A DNA stretch of 63,547 nucleotides, counting the filler, from Lenisia limosa (lineage: Eukaryota; Protista; Breviatea), in assembly GCA_001655205.1 (NCBI GenBank). It is 16 parts of 16 records of this genome, joined end to end, with 100 filler letters (N's around TTAATTAATTAA, not from the genome) between each part and the next. Parts side by side here need not be neighbours in the genome. Positions count along the whole stretch, not along the records: positions 46,890 to 55,738 come from LPNZ01003303.1; positions 55,839 to 58,176 come from LPNZ01009129.1; positions 58,277 to 61,623 come from LPNZ01006781.1; positions 61,724 to 63,547 come from LPNZ01006202.1; 12 more parts are not named here. The stretch is one strand, 5' to 3'. Made by a program: the position numbers and the translations under genes. The stretch's first letter is position 1, and every line of letters begins with the position of its first letter. Below, in pieces: positions 49,540 through 61,747 of this stretch. A model generated the notes under the pieces. The model did not search any database. It was given only the letters and a program-made list of their open reading frames with translations, and was not told the DNA's origin.

Positions 49540-52500
49540 ATGTTCTACGAGGGAGATAGTGCCACTCCTGCTCGAGGTAAGTAGTCAACTTGACAATGAG
49601 CTGGTATAACATGTATTCAGGGCGGCCTCGTTCACGCCCTTCTTCAGTAACATCCCATTATGAGGACAGCTATGCCCATCCTTCCTCTATTTCCGTTACC
49701 AGCCTTGATCAATACTCCTCAAAGCAGCTTCGCCACCGCTCACCTTCACCAGCGTTATCTAGATCATCTTCAGTTAATGGGTCAGCTGTGTTTGACAGTA
49801 ATGGCGTTCTCTCAACGCCCACACGTCGACGAAACAAACGAAGAGATTCTCTTGGTTCATCTGTCATGGGCCCTGTTGCAGTGCAAGGAGGCAACTTCAA
49901 GGTTTGTTTAGTGATTATTTTGCTGGTATTTTCAGACAATCGCAGACTTTTATGGAATTTGTACGGCAATGCGAAGCTGATTTGTTTCCTTTTTTCAACT
50001 ATCATTATATCCGTTGGCTTCGTCCTAGTTTGGCAATTTGGTATATTCATGTATTCTAATTATCGAAACTTTGTTGAAATTTAATTGAGATGTTATAATG
50101 CAGCAGTTAGGGTAAAAAAAACAAAAAAAAAAGTTGTGTTCATGGAGAAAAAATATTCGGTTTACATTGTATTTGTTTCATGATTATTTGTTTCTATGTA
50201 ATATCTCTTCTCTCTTTTGTTCTATGATTACTCATCCCCTCTTCTCAAAAAACCAAGATCATTTGTACCATATATATAACTGACTCGCTCTTCTCATTCT
50301 TGCACCCCCTCCCCCCGCTAGCAGTCTACTCACAGTTAGGTGGTGATACGTCTACGCCCCCCACTGCCGCGCGAAATCAAGCGGGAAGGCTTCAAGACCG
50401 TGACGCACATTCCGGACGACAGCAGCATCATTGTCACCGAGGATGTGGAGGAGTATTTGGAAAGGTTTGCCCGGGTTATTTAATTGAATTAGTATTTTGC
50501 TGATAAAGCTGTGTATTCTCTAATATTCCAATCTCTTAGAAGCGTGTGGACGGTAGAAATGTGATATGGCTTCTTTTTGCTTTCTCCTCTCCCTGGCGTT
50601 ACTGACCATTAGCCCGTCATCATCCCTGGTCCCAATCCACACCTACACGTTCGATCGGGTCTACAATGAAAACACCACCCAGGAGGAAATCTACAAGAGT
50701 ACAGCCAGGGCCTTAGTGCTTACTTCGCTTGAAGGTTTGGAGGTTTCGTTTGTACGACCGAACAGCTTCGGCAGCAAAAGATCGTGTTCCTCTCTTTTTG
50801 ATTCACAGAAGGCTCAGTCAAAATACCATGTACCACCACCCCCCTCGCTCGTTTCTTGACTCATGTCATTGTTTTGTGACCATTTTTTTAGGATACAACG
50901 CCTCTATTTTGGCGTATGGACAAACAGGCACCGGAAAAACGTTCACAATGGAGGGAAACCTTGAGGTGGGGAGGGGGCTGTAAGGCTGTTGCACAGCATT
51001 AGTGTTTTGATTTGAACTTGTTTACTTGTTATCATATGATACCATATTAAGGATATAAGACTAGAAAGTATCATAAGTGATTCCTTCTTCTATTGGTGCC
51101 CCATTCAAGTCCATAATAATAATCATAGGCTGATATGAGAGGCATCATTCCCCGGTCCATATCGGAGGTCTTTAGTTTCATTCATTTGCCAGAGAACGCT
51201 AAAACCAAGTTGGTCAAGGGTGTTTTGTTTTGTGAGAATATTATGGTGTTGAAGACTGTAGCCTGGTGTTGAATGTATGCTTTCCCCAGTGTTGCTGATT
51301 AAGGACCCCGTCTCCTCACCTCTTAGGTTCCTTGTTCGTGCGTCCTATCTTCAGATATACAACGATGCCATTTCGTTGGGGGGTGTAACNNNNNNNNNNN
51401 NNNNNNNNNNNNNNNNNNNNNNNNNNNNNNNNNNNNNNNNNNNNNNNNATGCTGCGGATTTGCTATAGTTTTTAAGGGCAATACAGTCTCCGAGATAGTT
51501 AGAGATAAGATATTGGGAGGTGGAGGGGCATTTTTTGTTGATTAAGAAAAGGCTGGGTGCTTGTCGGAAGAGGTTTCTTGTAATGTATACACAGTTAGCA
51601 GCAGGTAAAGAAACCTGTTCTATTTTCAGATGCCCTGTCTTACTCTGATCAAAGATCTTCTTGTCTTACACTGATCAGAGATCTGCTGAAGCCTGACCGC
51701 ATCAATTTGCCGATCCGAGAGTCCCGGCGGCGGGGAGTCTTTGTCGATGGCCTCAGTGAATGGGTAGTTCGGAGTGAGGATGAAGTTGCTGGGCTCATGG
51801 CGCGAGGCGGCAACGTGCGCGCGACTGGTTGGCGCTGGATCTATTCTCACTAGAATCGCAATTTTGATCTCACAATATATACAGTAACCGGGATAAGTCT
51901 TGACCGATTTGCTATATGATTTCCCAAGGAAAATCGTAGACTTATGCCGGTCACCTTTAAGTTGGATCATTGTGAAGTGCTATTTTCAGTAAACGCACCA
52001 TTATCGTTGGAGAGAAACACCCTTATTTTATTCTGATTTCCATCCCCATGTATTTTATATTTCTTGTCCTTAACAATGAAAATAGACCCAATCGCCAGAT
52101 GACCTCTTTCAGGAAGCACCCGGATGAACGAGGTCTCATCCCGCTCGCATGCGGTGTTCGTGTTAATTGTTGAGCAGGCCATTCCTGGTTGGCCAACAGT
52201 GTTCTTTTATTTATGATATCATGTATACTCATGTATACACAGTGACCGGGATAAGTCTTGACCAATTTGCTGTATGATTTCCCGTAGATTGCAAATAATG
52301 CAATTATGATATACTATCCAATATCCCGTATAAGCTTGATGGTGTGGACGGCTTCGACCTGAGTTAACCTTGTTTTTGTTTTTTTCTCATCTTTATAATC
52401 TACTACATACATATGACTTTTTGACCTCTTCAGGGGACGGACCATCTGATGAGACCATCAAGTTCGGCAAGCTCTATTTGGTGGATTTGGCAGGATCTGA

Positions 52501-55500
52501 ACGGGTGAGGGGGAATACTGAAATATGCTTTTCCCAGGTTCTTAGCTTATCAAATCCCTTTTGGTCCGAAGCGTACATTCTAAGGTCCCGTTCAAATAAT
52601 ACAACGGCATTATTAATTGCTACTATTATTATATTCTTGGCCAGATGCAACCTATTGTTATATCTCATCTCTTCAAATATACATATATATCATATAGTAT
52701 ATATATACTTTTGGGAACGTGGGGAAGCCCTACTCCTATAATGTGCCAAAACTGATGTTCTAGCTCGGTATCTCAGGGGCAACCGGCAGACGGCTCGAAG
52801 AGTCCAAAAAAATCAACCAGGTAGGGGGGGGGGGGANNNNNNNNNNNNNNNNNNNNNNNNNNNNNNNNNNNNNNNNNNNNNNNNNNNNNNNNNNNNNNNN
52901 NNNNNNNNNNNNNNNNNNNNNNNNNNNNNNNNNNNNNNNNNNNNNNNNNNNNNNNNTTAACCTAATTTGGTGGTTTCACGATGAATTATTATATTAAATG
53001 CCAGCCCAGTTGAATAACGGTGACAACAGTCATAGTCTCACAATTGAATGGGGTGTCATATGGGCTTCTCTACGGTTCGAAAAAGACTGGTAAATATCGA
53101 TACTTTTCAAGGATTTATCGAGAGAATTTTTTGGGACCGTAGGGAAGTTCTACATTTAGCAGCACTGAGAACCCACCACCAAATTGTTTCAGTGCTGTAG
53201 GAGATCCCTATTACTTTTCTCATGTTAGGCATGTCACCCCTTTAGTCCCTATCCGCACTGGGAAACGTCATTGCTGCTCTCACAGACACGCGGCAACGGA
53301 CCCATATCCCATATCGCGACTCTAAGCTGACAAGGCTGCTCGAAGACTCGTGGGCTGATCCTGCATCCTGGCCAAACACATTTTCGAAATCCATCTTGTT
53401 ACCCCCTCCTTCTTGTATCACTGATAATCTGTTCTCTTGCTTTCTCTTGCTAATCTGTTCTCTTGCTTTCTCTTGCTAATCTGTTCTCTTACCCCTTCCC
53501 CCTTCTCTCTCTAATATATTTAGTTACACCAACCCAACCCCCTTATCACCACCCTAGTCTCGGCGGTAACTGTTTGACGGCGATGATTGCAGCAGTTTCA
53601 CCCGCAATTGAAAGCATGAATGAGACCCTTTCAACGCTCAAATTCGCCAACCGCGCCAAGAATATCAAAAACACCCCGAAGGTCAACCAGGACGTCGATA
53701 AAAAGGTGTGGAGGAAAGAGAAATATTATCAGATATACATTAGAAATCTAGGGAACCAAATAAATACATAGGAATACCATAAACAAATTACCATACTTCC
53801 GCGCCCACGCTCCTTGGCGGGAGAGGAAGATTATTTTAAGGGAAGGGTCAGGTATTTTAATTGCTATCAACTATGCGGGCAGTAAGTACCTAATTTGTAT
53901 TTATTATTTTCACATGTGTATTCACCTCCCCTCTTCATAGACCCTACTCCAACGGTACGAGAAGGAACTGAAGCAACTCCGCGAAGAGCTTTCTATGAAA
54001 ACGGGCGAAATTGAGGGAATGCGCAAACTGCTACTGAACGCCAATCCCGATCAGCCTGTGGGAGGGGGGTGGGTTTTGGCCAAGTCAGTGTGAACGTTTT
54101 GAGCAGGGGGAAGGGGACGATGATAACTTTAGTACTGTCGCACCTTTTTTGTTTTTACGTAATATATTGCTTGTTACCATTTTCACATTTCAGCTCTCAG
54201 AGCTTGTGGCTTTGGAGGAGACTTCCCAGGCGGTCATCCGAGAAAACGAAGCCAAGGTGGGTAGATACTGGCTCCTTTTCAGTTTCTTTATTTTAATTTT
54301 GCTCTTTTTCAGGAGCTTTTCTCATTTTTAGTGCTTTATTGTCGACTAAACTTACCATATTAGGCAGTTATTGAGGACAGAATTGCTTCAATGCAGCGAC
54401 AAATGCTGACCGGAGGGGCCTCAGACTCACAGGTCCTCTCAAACGCCGTTGCTCTGGTGGGGCTGGGCAAAGTTATCGAGGCGTGATGAGATGTTTTCTT
54501 TTGAAGTGTCCTGATATTTGTTTGGTATTTGTTTTTGTGTTTCTAGCTCGATTTGGGTATTTTGTTTCATACATTTTCCAATTTTACTCCCTCCCCAGGA
54601 ACAAGAGTATATGACGCGAATTGCTGACGTTGAGCGTGAACGCGAAAAACTCCATGAGGACAGAGCGCAAGTGGGGGGGGGGTCGTTTCTTCTGCCACGN
54701 NNNNNNNNNNNNNNNNNNNNNNNNNNNNNNNNNNNNNNNNNNNNNNNNNNNNNNNNNNNNNNNNNNNNNNNNNNNNNNGGATGAGAATAGATAGAGACGG
54801 TTTTTGTTGTACCAACGTTTCTGTGCTTCTCGAATGTTTAACCAGCAGAGTTTATGTGGCTTTTCATTAGTTTTCCATTTTACCCTCCTCCTAGGTTGAT
54901 CGGTTCAAACATCTTCTAGTCAAACAACGGGACATCATGATAGCGTTGACGGCTAGGCTCAATGAGCGCGATGAAACCGTTTGCTGGGCTGTGGAGGAAA
55001 TCAGTTGTATGAAGCTGTGTTCATAGAGTTGTGGCAAATGACAAGGTGAATTAATACTGTAGTTAAATAATCCAAAATCTCTTATAAGCATGATGGTGTG
55101 GACGGCTTTGGCCAAATACATCCTTATTTTTTACTTCTCGTTCATATCTATTAATATCGTATAAGAATTATACTGATATAGTGCTCAATGCTCATGAAGC
55201 TATTTGTGTTTTTTTTTATTATTAAAATAAAAAGGTAATGTGATCATGATTGTCCTGTCCGTCCATGTGTTTGATGTGTACGTCAGAAGGCCTCACCAAT
55301 GTAGATCGTTGCCCTGCAGCAGGAGCTCGAGTCGTATGATAAGCATCAGAGGGTGTTAGAAGATCGCCTCGACAGGCAAACCNNNNNNNNNNNNNNNNNN
55401 NNNNNNNNNNNNNNNNNNNNNNNNNNNNNNNNNNNNNNNNNNNNNNNNNNNNNNNNNNNNNNNNNNNNCAATCCCGTGTAATGTCCCATTATTACGTACG

Positions 55501-55724
55501 CTGGAGTGATGAGATGCGGTGCTGCAGGCCTGGGCTTTGTGTTGTTGTTATCAACCCTTGTGTGTTGTCAGCCAACTGAGTTGGGAGTTGATTTGGGCTC
55601 TTTTTGTTTCATAAATTTTCCTGTTTAACTCCTCGTTCCCAGAGAGTTGTTTCTGAGGTGAGCACAGAGCACCCTGACCTTAAGCAAGCGCTGGCCGGGG
55701 TAGAGAACCTTGCAGATAGCAGAG
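49540..55724 (+). CDS. Kinesin with N-terminal motor and coiled-coil stalk, 3' end in gap
   Basis: [82 protein letters not shown]; about 18 GT-AG exons in frame. Confidence 0.95.
51882..51954. mobile_element. MITE family B copy (a second partial copy lies at 52240-52285)
   Basis: Same TIR and internal GCTATATGATTTCCCAAGGAAAATCG. Confidence 0.7.
52329..52362 (+). repeat. Intronic family E motif TATAAGCNTGATGGTGTGGACGGCTTCGA
   Basis: Further copies near 4409, 8412, 9912, 10806, 32020, 33390, 55083, 60200 (minus) and 61935. Confidence 0.65.
53062..53150. mobile_element. MITE family A copy
   Basis: GGGCTTCTCTACGG...CCGTAGGGAAG in a kinesin intron. Confidence 0.7.
55496..55642 (+). repeat. Intronic family C element
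   Basis: GTACGCTGGAGTGATGAGATGCGGTGCTGCAG...CAACCCTTGTGTGTTGTCAGCCAAC...CCCAG acceptor of a kinesin exon. Confidence 0.8.
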
Positions 55725-55861
55725 GTAGGGGGGGGGGGNNNNNNNNNNNNNNNNNNNNNNNNNNNNNNNNNNNNNNNNNNNNTTAATTAATTAANNNNNN
55801 NNNNNNNNNNNNNNNNNNNNNNNNNNNNNNNNNNNNNNCCCCCCCCCCCCCCAAGACTTAC

Positions 55862-58094
55862 CTGAACCGCAATGTGCAGTGGAATCATATTGATGAGGGT
55901 GGAGTTGAGGGTGGATATCTGGCGGAGTAAAGCGAAGGAAATTTCAATGGAAAATATTGCCGTAAAGATACTAATCACCCCACCCCTCCAAATCAACGAA
56001 GGAAATTTGATGACAGAAGGAAGACCCCACCCCCAGATTAACACCAATATTNNNNNNNNNNNNNNNNNNNNNNNNNNNNNNNNNNNNNNNNNNNNNNNNN
56101 NNNNNNNNNNNNNNNNNNNNNNNNNNNNNNNNNNNNNNNNNNNNNNNNNNNNNNNNNNNNNNNNNNNNNNNNNNNNNNNNNNNNNNNNNNNNNNNNNNNN
56201 NNNNNNNNNNNNNNNNNNNNNNNNNNNNNNNNNNNNNNNNNNNNNNNNNNNNNNNNNNNNNNNNNNNCTCATTGACCCTCCTCTCACTCTCTTCTTAGCG
56301 TTAAACTCTGCTTTGACCATTTGTCGAACTGCCGAGAGATGCTTATGCGAAACGAACGCCCTGAACAGTGATTTCAGGCAAGATGACAGGAAAATGAGGG
56401 AGGGTTTTTCAGGCAATTTTCAGTTTGTAGGCTCAAGTCATTGTGTATAGGCTAACTAGCGCACTGTGACATAAGGATACCAGGGTAACAGGGAAAATTC
56501 AGAGGATGTATGGTAAATGAGGAGGTTTCATCAATATAAATAACCAGATGTATTAATAAGAATATCCAATGATATAATGCCATCCAGAATATAACCCCCC
56601 ATACCCCGAAAGAAGAGCAGTAGAAAGAGCCAGGACCAGCCAAAAGGAGTCAAGGTCATTGAGACCCTGGCTGGCTGAGATGAACCAAAGCAGAAGGCCT
56701 GGGGGTGAGATGAACCAAAGCAGAAGGCCTGGGTGAGATGAATCAAAGCAGAAGGCCTGGGGATGAGATGAACCAAAGTAGAAGGCCTGGGGGTGGAAAA
56801 TCAAACAAAACAATAACCTGAAATCGACTCTGGTGACTGTAACAATAGAAAAACAGTAAAAATGTACAGAAATTGGACGGGGTGATTCATTTGCTGATTT
56901 CTCATTTTAATGGAATATATGAGAAGACGGTTCTAATGAATTCTAAATTTGTACTGGGTGAATAGATTATTAGTTTTTCTTGGAATTTCACATAATGCCA
57001 TATCAAAAGCCTCATAGATGCTCACTTTAAAGCCAAATCAAAGAAATAATTTAAACCAGCCCAACCATGGAGAGCAGAGAACATGACTGCTGCGAAGAAG
57101 GGTAAACCCGACGTCACGGTGGTCAGCAGGATACTCATGATGGACACGGACTAAAGCGTGAATTGATAGTGTTGATCATAATAATCATGACAAAAACGTG
57201 AATTGACATTGTTGATCATGATAGAAGCGTGAATTGTCATGCTGAGTATGGATAAAAGCCTGAATTGACATTTTTTTTTGATGATAAAAAGCGTGATTCT
57301 ACATAATTGATAATGGTGAATGACTGGATCATTTTTATGTGCATATTCCCAATAGAGGTCTTGATTATCATCTTTTTGCTTTAAAAGTATTCTTCATTTG
57401 AACCCCCTTTTACCAGGTTGATTTTGTCAACAGAGAAATGAGCGCACCAAAAGACGGCGACAAGTGTCCGTGAAAGCAGAACAGAGAGTCCGAGAACACT
57501 GGGGGAGTGAATACCAAGTGACGAAACAGGAAAAGTTGAGGGAAACATGAGTCAGGACCCACTTTGACACTGGGGGGCTGTAGAACGTCACTATCAACAC
57601 AGTTGCGGAGGTGCCAAATAGCAGAAGCGATGAAAGCTGAAGAAGAACTCCCACCAAACTCTGGGGGATAAGCTCCTTTGATAAATTAATTGCCGAATAG
57701 AAGTGAGGCCTATTGTAACGAAAACCCCATTTCAGACACTTTTTTTCTCATTTTTGCAGGGAACCCTAGTATTCACCTATCTTATAACATATGATACTAT
57801 GATATACTAATACGATTATCCACATAGAATTATAATATTGGAAAAAGAAGCCCAAATCAAATCTGCTTAACATTTGGGGAAACCGAATATTTTTTTTTTT
57901 TTATGTAAATAGAACAAAACATTCACCCGTCATCACATCCCACTCACACTTGCCACGTCATCACACCCCACTCACACTTGTCACTTCATCATACTGGATC
58001 CATGCGGACGGGTCGAAGGTGACAGAAACAGCGAACAAGCTGAATGCCAGGGACAGTGCCGAGGAAATGAGAATCTCGCTGTGAGATTCCTCAG
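55862..58094 (-). CDS. Multi-pass membrane protein leading into a probable class III nucleotidyl cyclase, partial
   Basis: About 6 hydrophobic segments followed by VKAEFNAKKR|ISTLNSTLINMIPLHIAVQ, like the 'LL.N.LP..IA' pre-catalytic helix; the catalytic domain itself is not seen (gap). Confidence 0.5.
56655..56790 (-). repeat. Four tandem copies (29-30 nt) of splice acceptor plus exon start
   Basis: (C)CCCAG|GCCTTCT[AG]CTTTG[AG]TTCATCTCA repeated 4 times. Confidence 0.8.
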
Positions 58095-58438
58095 CTGGGG
58101 GAGAGTAAAATTGGAAAATTTATGAAACAAAAAGCCAAAATCAAGGCTGACACCACACAAGGGTTGATAACAACAANNNNNNNNNNNNNNNNNNNNNNNN
58201 NNNNNNNNNNNNNNNNNNNNTTAATTAATTAANNNNNNNNNNNNNNNNNNNNNNNNNNNNNNNNNNNNNNNNNNNNCACCGGTGTAACTTTATATAGTAG
58301 ATAGTAGAGGGACGGAGGTCTCTGTTGGCTGACAAAGCACGATGAGGGTTGATAATTATTCGTCGTGACTATACGGACTAGTCTACACCAGTACCCCAAT
58401 CACTTTGGACTTTTTGTTACCCAGTTTCACCCCCCCAC

Positions 58439-61400
58439 GGATGAACCGGTGCTGCTTTTGCAGGTCACGGTGCGGGTTTGAGTACCGCCACCGCAGGTCT
58501 TGGAACAGGTACCCCAGGTGCCTGGAGTGGGGGGGGGGGGNNNNNNNNNNNNNNNNNNNNNNNNNNNNNNNNNNNNNNNNNNNNNNNNNNNNNNNNNNNN
58601 NNNNNNNNNNNNNNNNNNNNNNNNNNNNNNNNNNNNNNNNNNNNNNNNNNNNNNNNNNAAAACACATGGTACAAGAAACACAGCAAATCACAAGGGGGTG
58701 AGAAGATGAATTTTATGAAACAATAAGGGAAGTTAGAATAGCAAAGAAGACTGAATAGAAGAACTACAACAGAAAGAAGAACACAAAACAAAGATTAATA
58801 TACTAAGACTTAAACCAAAATACAGTATTATACCAAGATGAACAACATCAAAACAAGATGAACAACATCAACAACAATAAGAACAACATCAACCACAATA
58901 AAAACAACAAGAACAACAGCTACAACAATAAGAAGCCATCCCAGACCCACCAGAGTTCCAGGCGTAGGTAACACAGGCGGCAGTGTTGCAGCTTTGTGAA
59001 GTGGACGGCTTCGTGGATCCCGAGCAGTAGGAGTCGTCAACCTGGGGGNNNNNNNNNNNNNNNNNNNNNNNNNNNNNNNNNNNNNNNNNNNNNNNNNNNN
59101 NNNNNNNNNNNNNNNNNAATAACATAAAACAAACAGAAGCATGAAAACAACACCCCTTCCACTCTCCAGAAAGATAGAGTACAATAAGAGAGAGCCTCAC
59201 CCCCTTCCAACCAGCAGCATTATAAGAAAATGACAAAATAGGCAAAAAAAATTACATAAAAATAACCATATAAAGCAGAGAAAACGTCAAATACCCCTCC
59301 TTCCCACAGTTGAACCGGTGCTACTTTTGCAGATCACGGTGCGGGTTTGAGTACCACCACCGCAGGTCTTGGAACAGGTACCCCAGGTGCCTGGAGTGAA
59401 GGAGGGGTGAGAGATTATTCTACATTGATGAAACGCTATTTCCTCCATTTTTATGAGAAACAACACGAAGAAAAGCAGAAAAAACAAGAAGTTGAACAAC
59501 AACCGGAAGAAGAAGAAAAAGGGAAAGAAGATAAAAACAAAAAAAGTAGCAAAAACGAAGACACTGAAGACTTCTTAAACCCACCAGAGTTCCAGGCGTA
59601 GGTGACACAAGCGGCAGTGTTGCAGCTTTGTGAAGTGGACGGCTTCGTGGTTCCTGAGCAGTAGGAGTCGTTAACCTGGGGGGGGGGGGGGNNNNNNNNN
59701 NNNNNNNNNNNNNNNNNNNNNNNNNNNNNNNNNNNNNNNNNNNNNNNNNNNNNNNNNNNNNNTTAAGAATAATCATAAAAAGAAATCGCTTAACATTTGC
59801 TTAATAGGAGGGAAAAAACAAAACACCACAATGAAAGAGACCACTCTCTGAAGCAAATGCAAAATTCTCCATTTTCAAAAGCAAAATGACAAATGTCATT
59901 GGCAGCAAATTCTCTTGCTTGAATGGAATATAGAAGATTGTCATAACAAAAAAAATAAAATATAAAAATATCCCCTCTCCATACAGTGGTGCCAGAGGTG
60001 TTCTTGCAGGCCACGGTGCGAGTTTGAGTGCCGCCACCGCAGGTCTTGGAACAGGTACCCCAGGTGCCTGGGGGTATAATAAGAGGTGAGAAACAAAACA
60101 AGGTTGTGTCTGGAAGACTGTTGCATTGGTATGTGTTAAGATTCATCTATATGGTCCCAAAAAAAAGACCGAATCTCCTGATAAATCCTCGCTAACGGTC
60201 TATTCATAACCCACACCATCACGCTTATACGGTCCATAAACCCACACCATCAGGCTTCTAATTCTTAGACCCATGAATCCACCAAACGTAACAAACTTCC
60301 TGTTCTCACCCCCGCACCAGAGTTCCAGCTATATGACGACGCGCACGTGCAGGACTGGCTGGTAGCAGGCTTATTGGGGATGTCCGGGCAAGACGACATG
60401 ACAGCACCAGCAGTGTCCAGGCATGAAACAGTCCGGGTTTGCGTGTTACTGCCACAATTGCATGTACCCCAGGCATTAGGCTTCCTGGGGAAGGGGGGGG
60501 GGGNNNNNNNNNNNNNNNNNNNNNNNNNNNNNNNNNNNNNNNNNNNNNNNNNNNNNNNNNNNNNNNNNNNNNNNNNNNNNNNNNNNNNNNNNNNNNNNNN
60601 NNNNNNNNNNNNNNNNNNNNNNNNNNNNNNNNNNNNNNNNNNNNNNNNNNNNNNNNNNNNNNNNNNNTGCACGTGGTTGTTAGTCGGAGTTTTCTGTTAA
60701 GGAAAACTCCTTGTACAAAAATCAGAAAACCGCTCCCAGGAAAAAAAATACTCGGGGTGTTTGCAGTGACAGGGATAAGCATTGACTGATTTTCCTTGGG
60801 AAATCAGAGAGCAAATCTGTCAAGACTATACCGCTCACTGTATGATATGATCTACACCCCAGCACAATTTAATACCGCAGTGGCAGACCCCCTCCCCCCA
60901 ACCAGGAATAGTACTTCTCATCCGCAGTGGCAGGGTCCACGCAGACTCCGGCGAGACAAACATTGGTGGCGGAACAGTACACTCCATCTTTAAGCTGGGT
61001 GGGGACAGGATAAATTGGACAGTTTATGAAACAAAAAACAATAATCAACTCTGTGGCTGACAACACACGAGGGTTGATAACAAGAAAACCATCAAAGCCC
61101 AGGCCAGTCGCTTCTGCAGTAACGCATCCCATCACTCCAGCGTACCGGGGATGGGGTTGAAAAATTTATAAAACAAAGGAAGTCATACCAACATATCCAC
61201 ATATATACACTCAAACTAGAACCCACCTTAGTACCAGACCAGTACAGGCAGCCTGAACTGCCTTCGGACGAGCAGTACTCCTGCTCACATTTGTCGTTGA
61301 AAGAGCAGCTAGTAGGGGGGGGGGGTGAAATAGGAAAATATATGAAACAAAAAAAGCCTAAAACAACTCAGTTGGTTGAGGGTTGATATTGGCACCCAGC

Positions 61401-61457
61401 TTACCCATTATAGGCACCCTTGGCAGCACATTGGACTTGCTGGCTTACGCATTTGCC
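58439..61457 (-). CDS. ADAMTS-like extracellular protein: Cys-rich/disintegrin-like module plus at least 4 TSP1 repeats, partial
   Basis: QVQC...CEQEYC...LKDGVYCSATNVCLAGVCV, then WGTCSKTCGGGTQTRTV.C...C....KP...QSC repeats. Confidence 0.75.
60764..60840. mobile_element. MITE family B copy, inverted
   Basis: CAGTGACAGGGATAAG...CTATACCGCTCACTG-TA. Confidence 0.65.
60995..61145 (-). repeat. Intronic family C element (GTACGCTGGAG...CCCAG, 151 nt), type copy
   Basis: Starts GT and ends at the functional acceptor of the LKDGVYC exon; alignable with copies at 9222-9381, 55496-55642, 4942-5065, 7477-7646 and 63522-end. Confidence 0.8.
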
Positions 61458-61747
61458 CTAAATAATGACAATGGAGAAAGAGTTAAAAGCTGAATACTGT
61501 AATTGTACATGAATTGTAGAAAGAAATAACAGCTTAGTATACAAAAAGAGTTAAAAGCTTAATATGGAGAAAGGGTTAAAAAGCTTAGCATGTAAAACCA
61601 ATGAAAAGCTTCAAATGCTATAANNNNNNNNNNNNNNNNNNNNNNNNNNNNNNNNNNNNNNNNNNNNTTAATTAATTAANNNNNNNNNNNNNNNNNNNNN
61701 NNNNNNNNNNNNNNNNNNNNNNNCCCCCCCCCCCCCCATCCACGCAG

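Noticed and set aside
50540-50552. Possible 13-nt micro-exon in kinesin
   Set aside because: It would break the frame; the flanking exons join directly (LE|SPSSSL).
52370-52741. 123-aa ORF overlapping a kinesin exon
   Set aside because: Only GDGPS...LAGSER is exonic; the rest is AT-rich intron read-through.
57165-57300. CRISPR-like appearance of ~30-nt repeats (also 56655-56790)
   Set aside because: Head-to-tail tandem repeats without unique spacers, in eukaryotic introns, with no cas genes.
58995-59650. GTGGACGGCTTCG matches to family E
   Set aside because: They are the antisense of the coding KPST codons in TSP1 exons, so the match is coincidental.
1760-61723. Recurrent TTAATTAATTAA palindrome within N blocks
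   Set aside because: Artificial six-frame-stop scaffold linker. The true gap size is unknown; for example the rest of eIF3d and PinX1 must lie in the 44748-44847 block.
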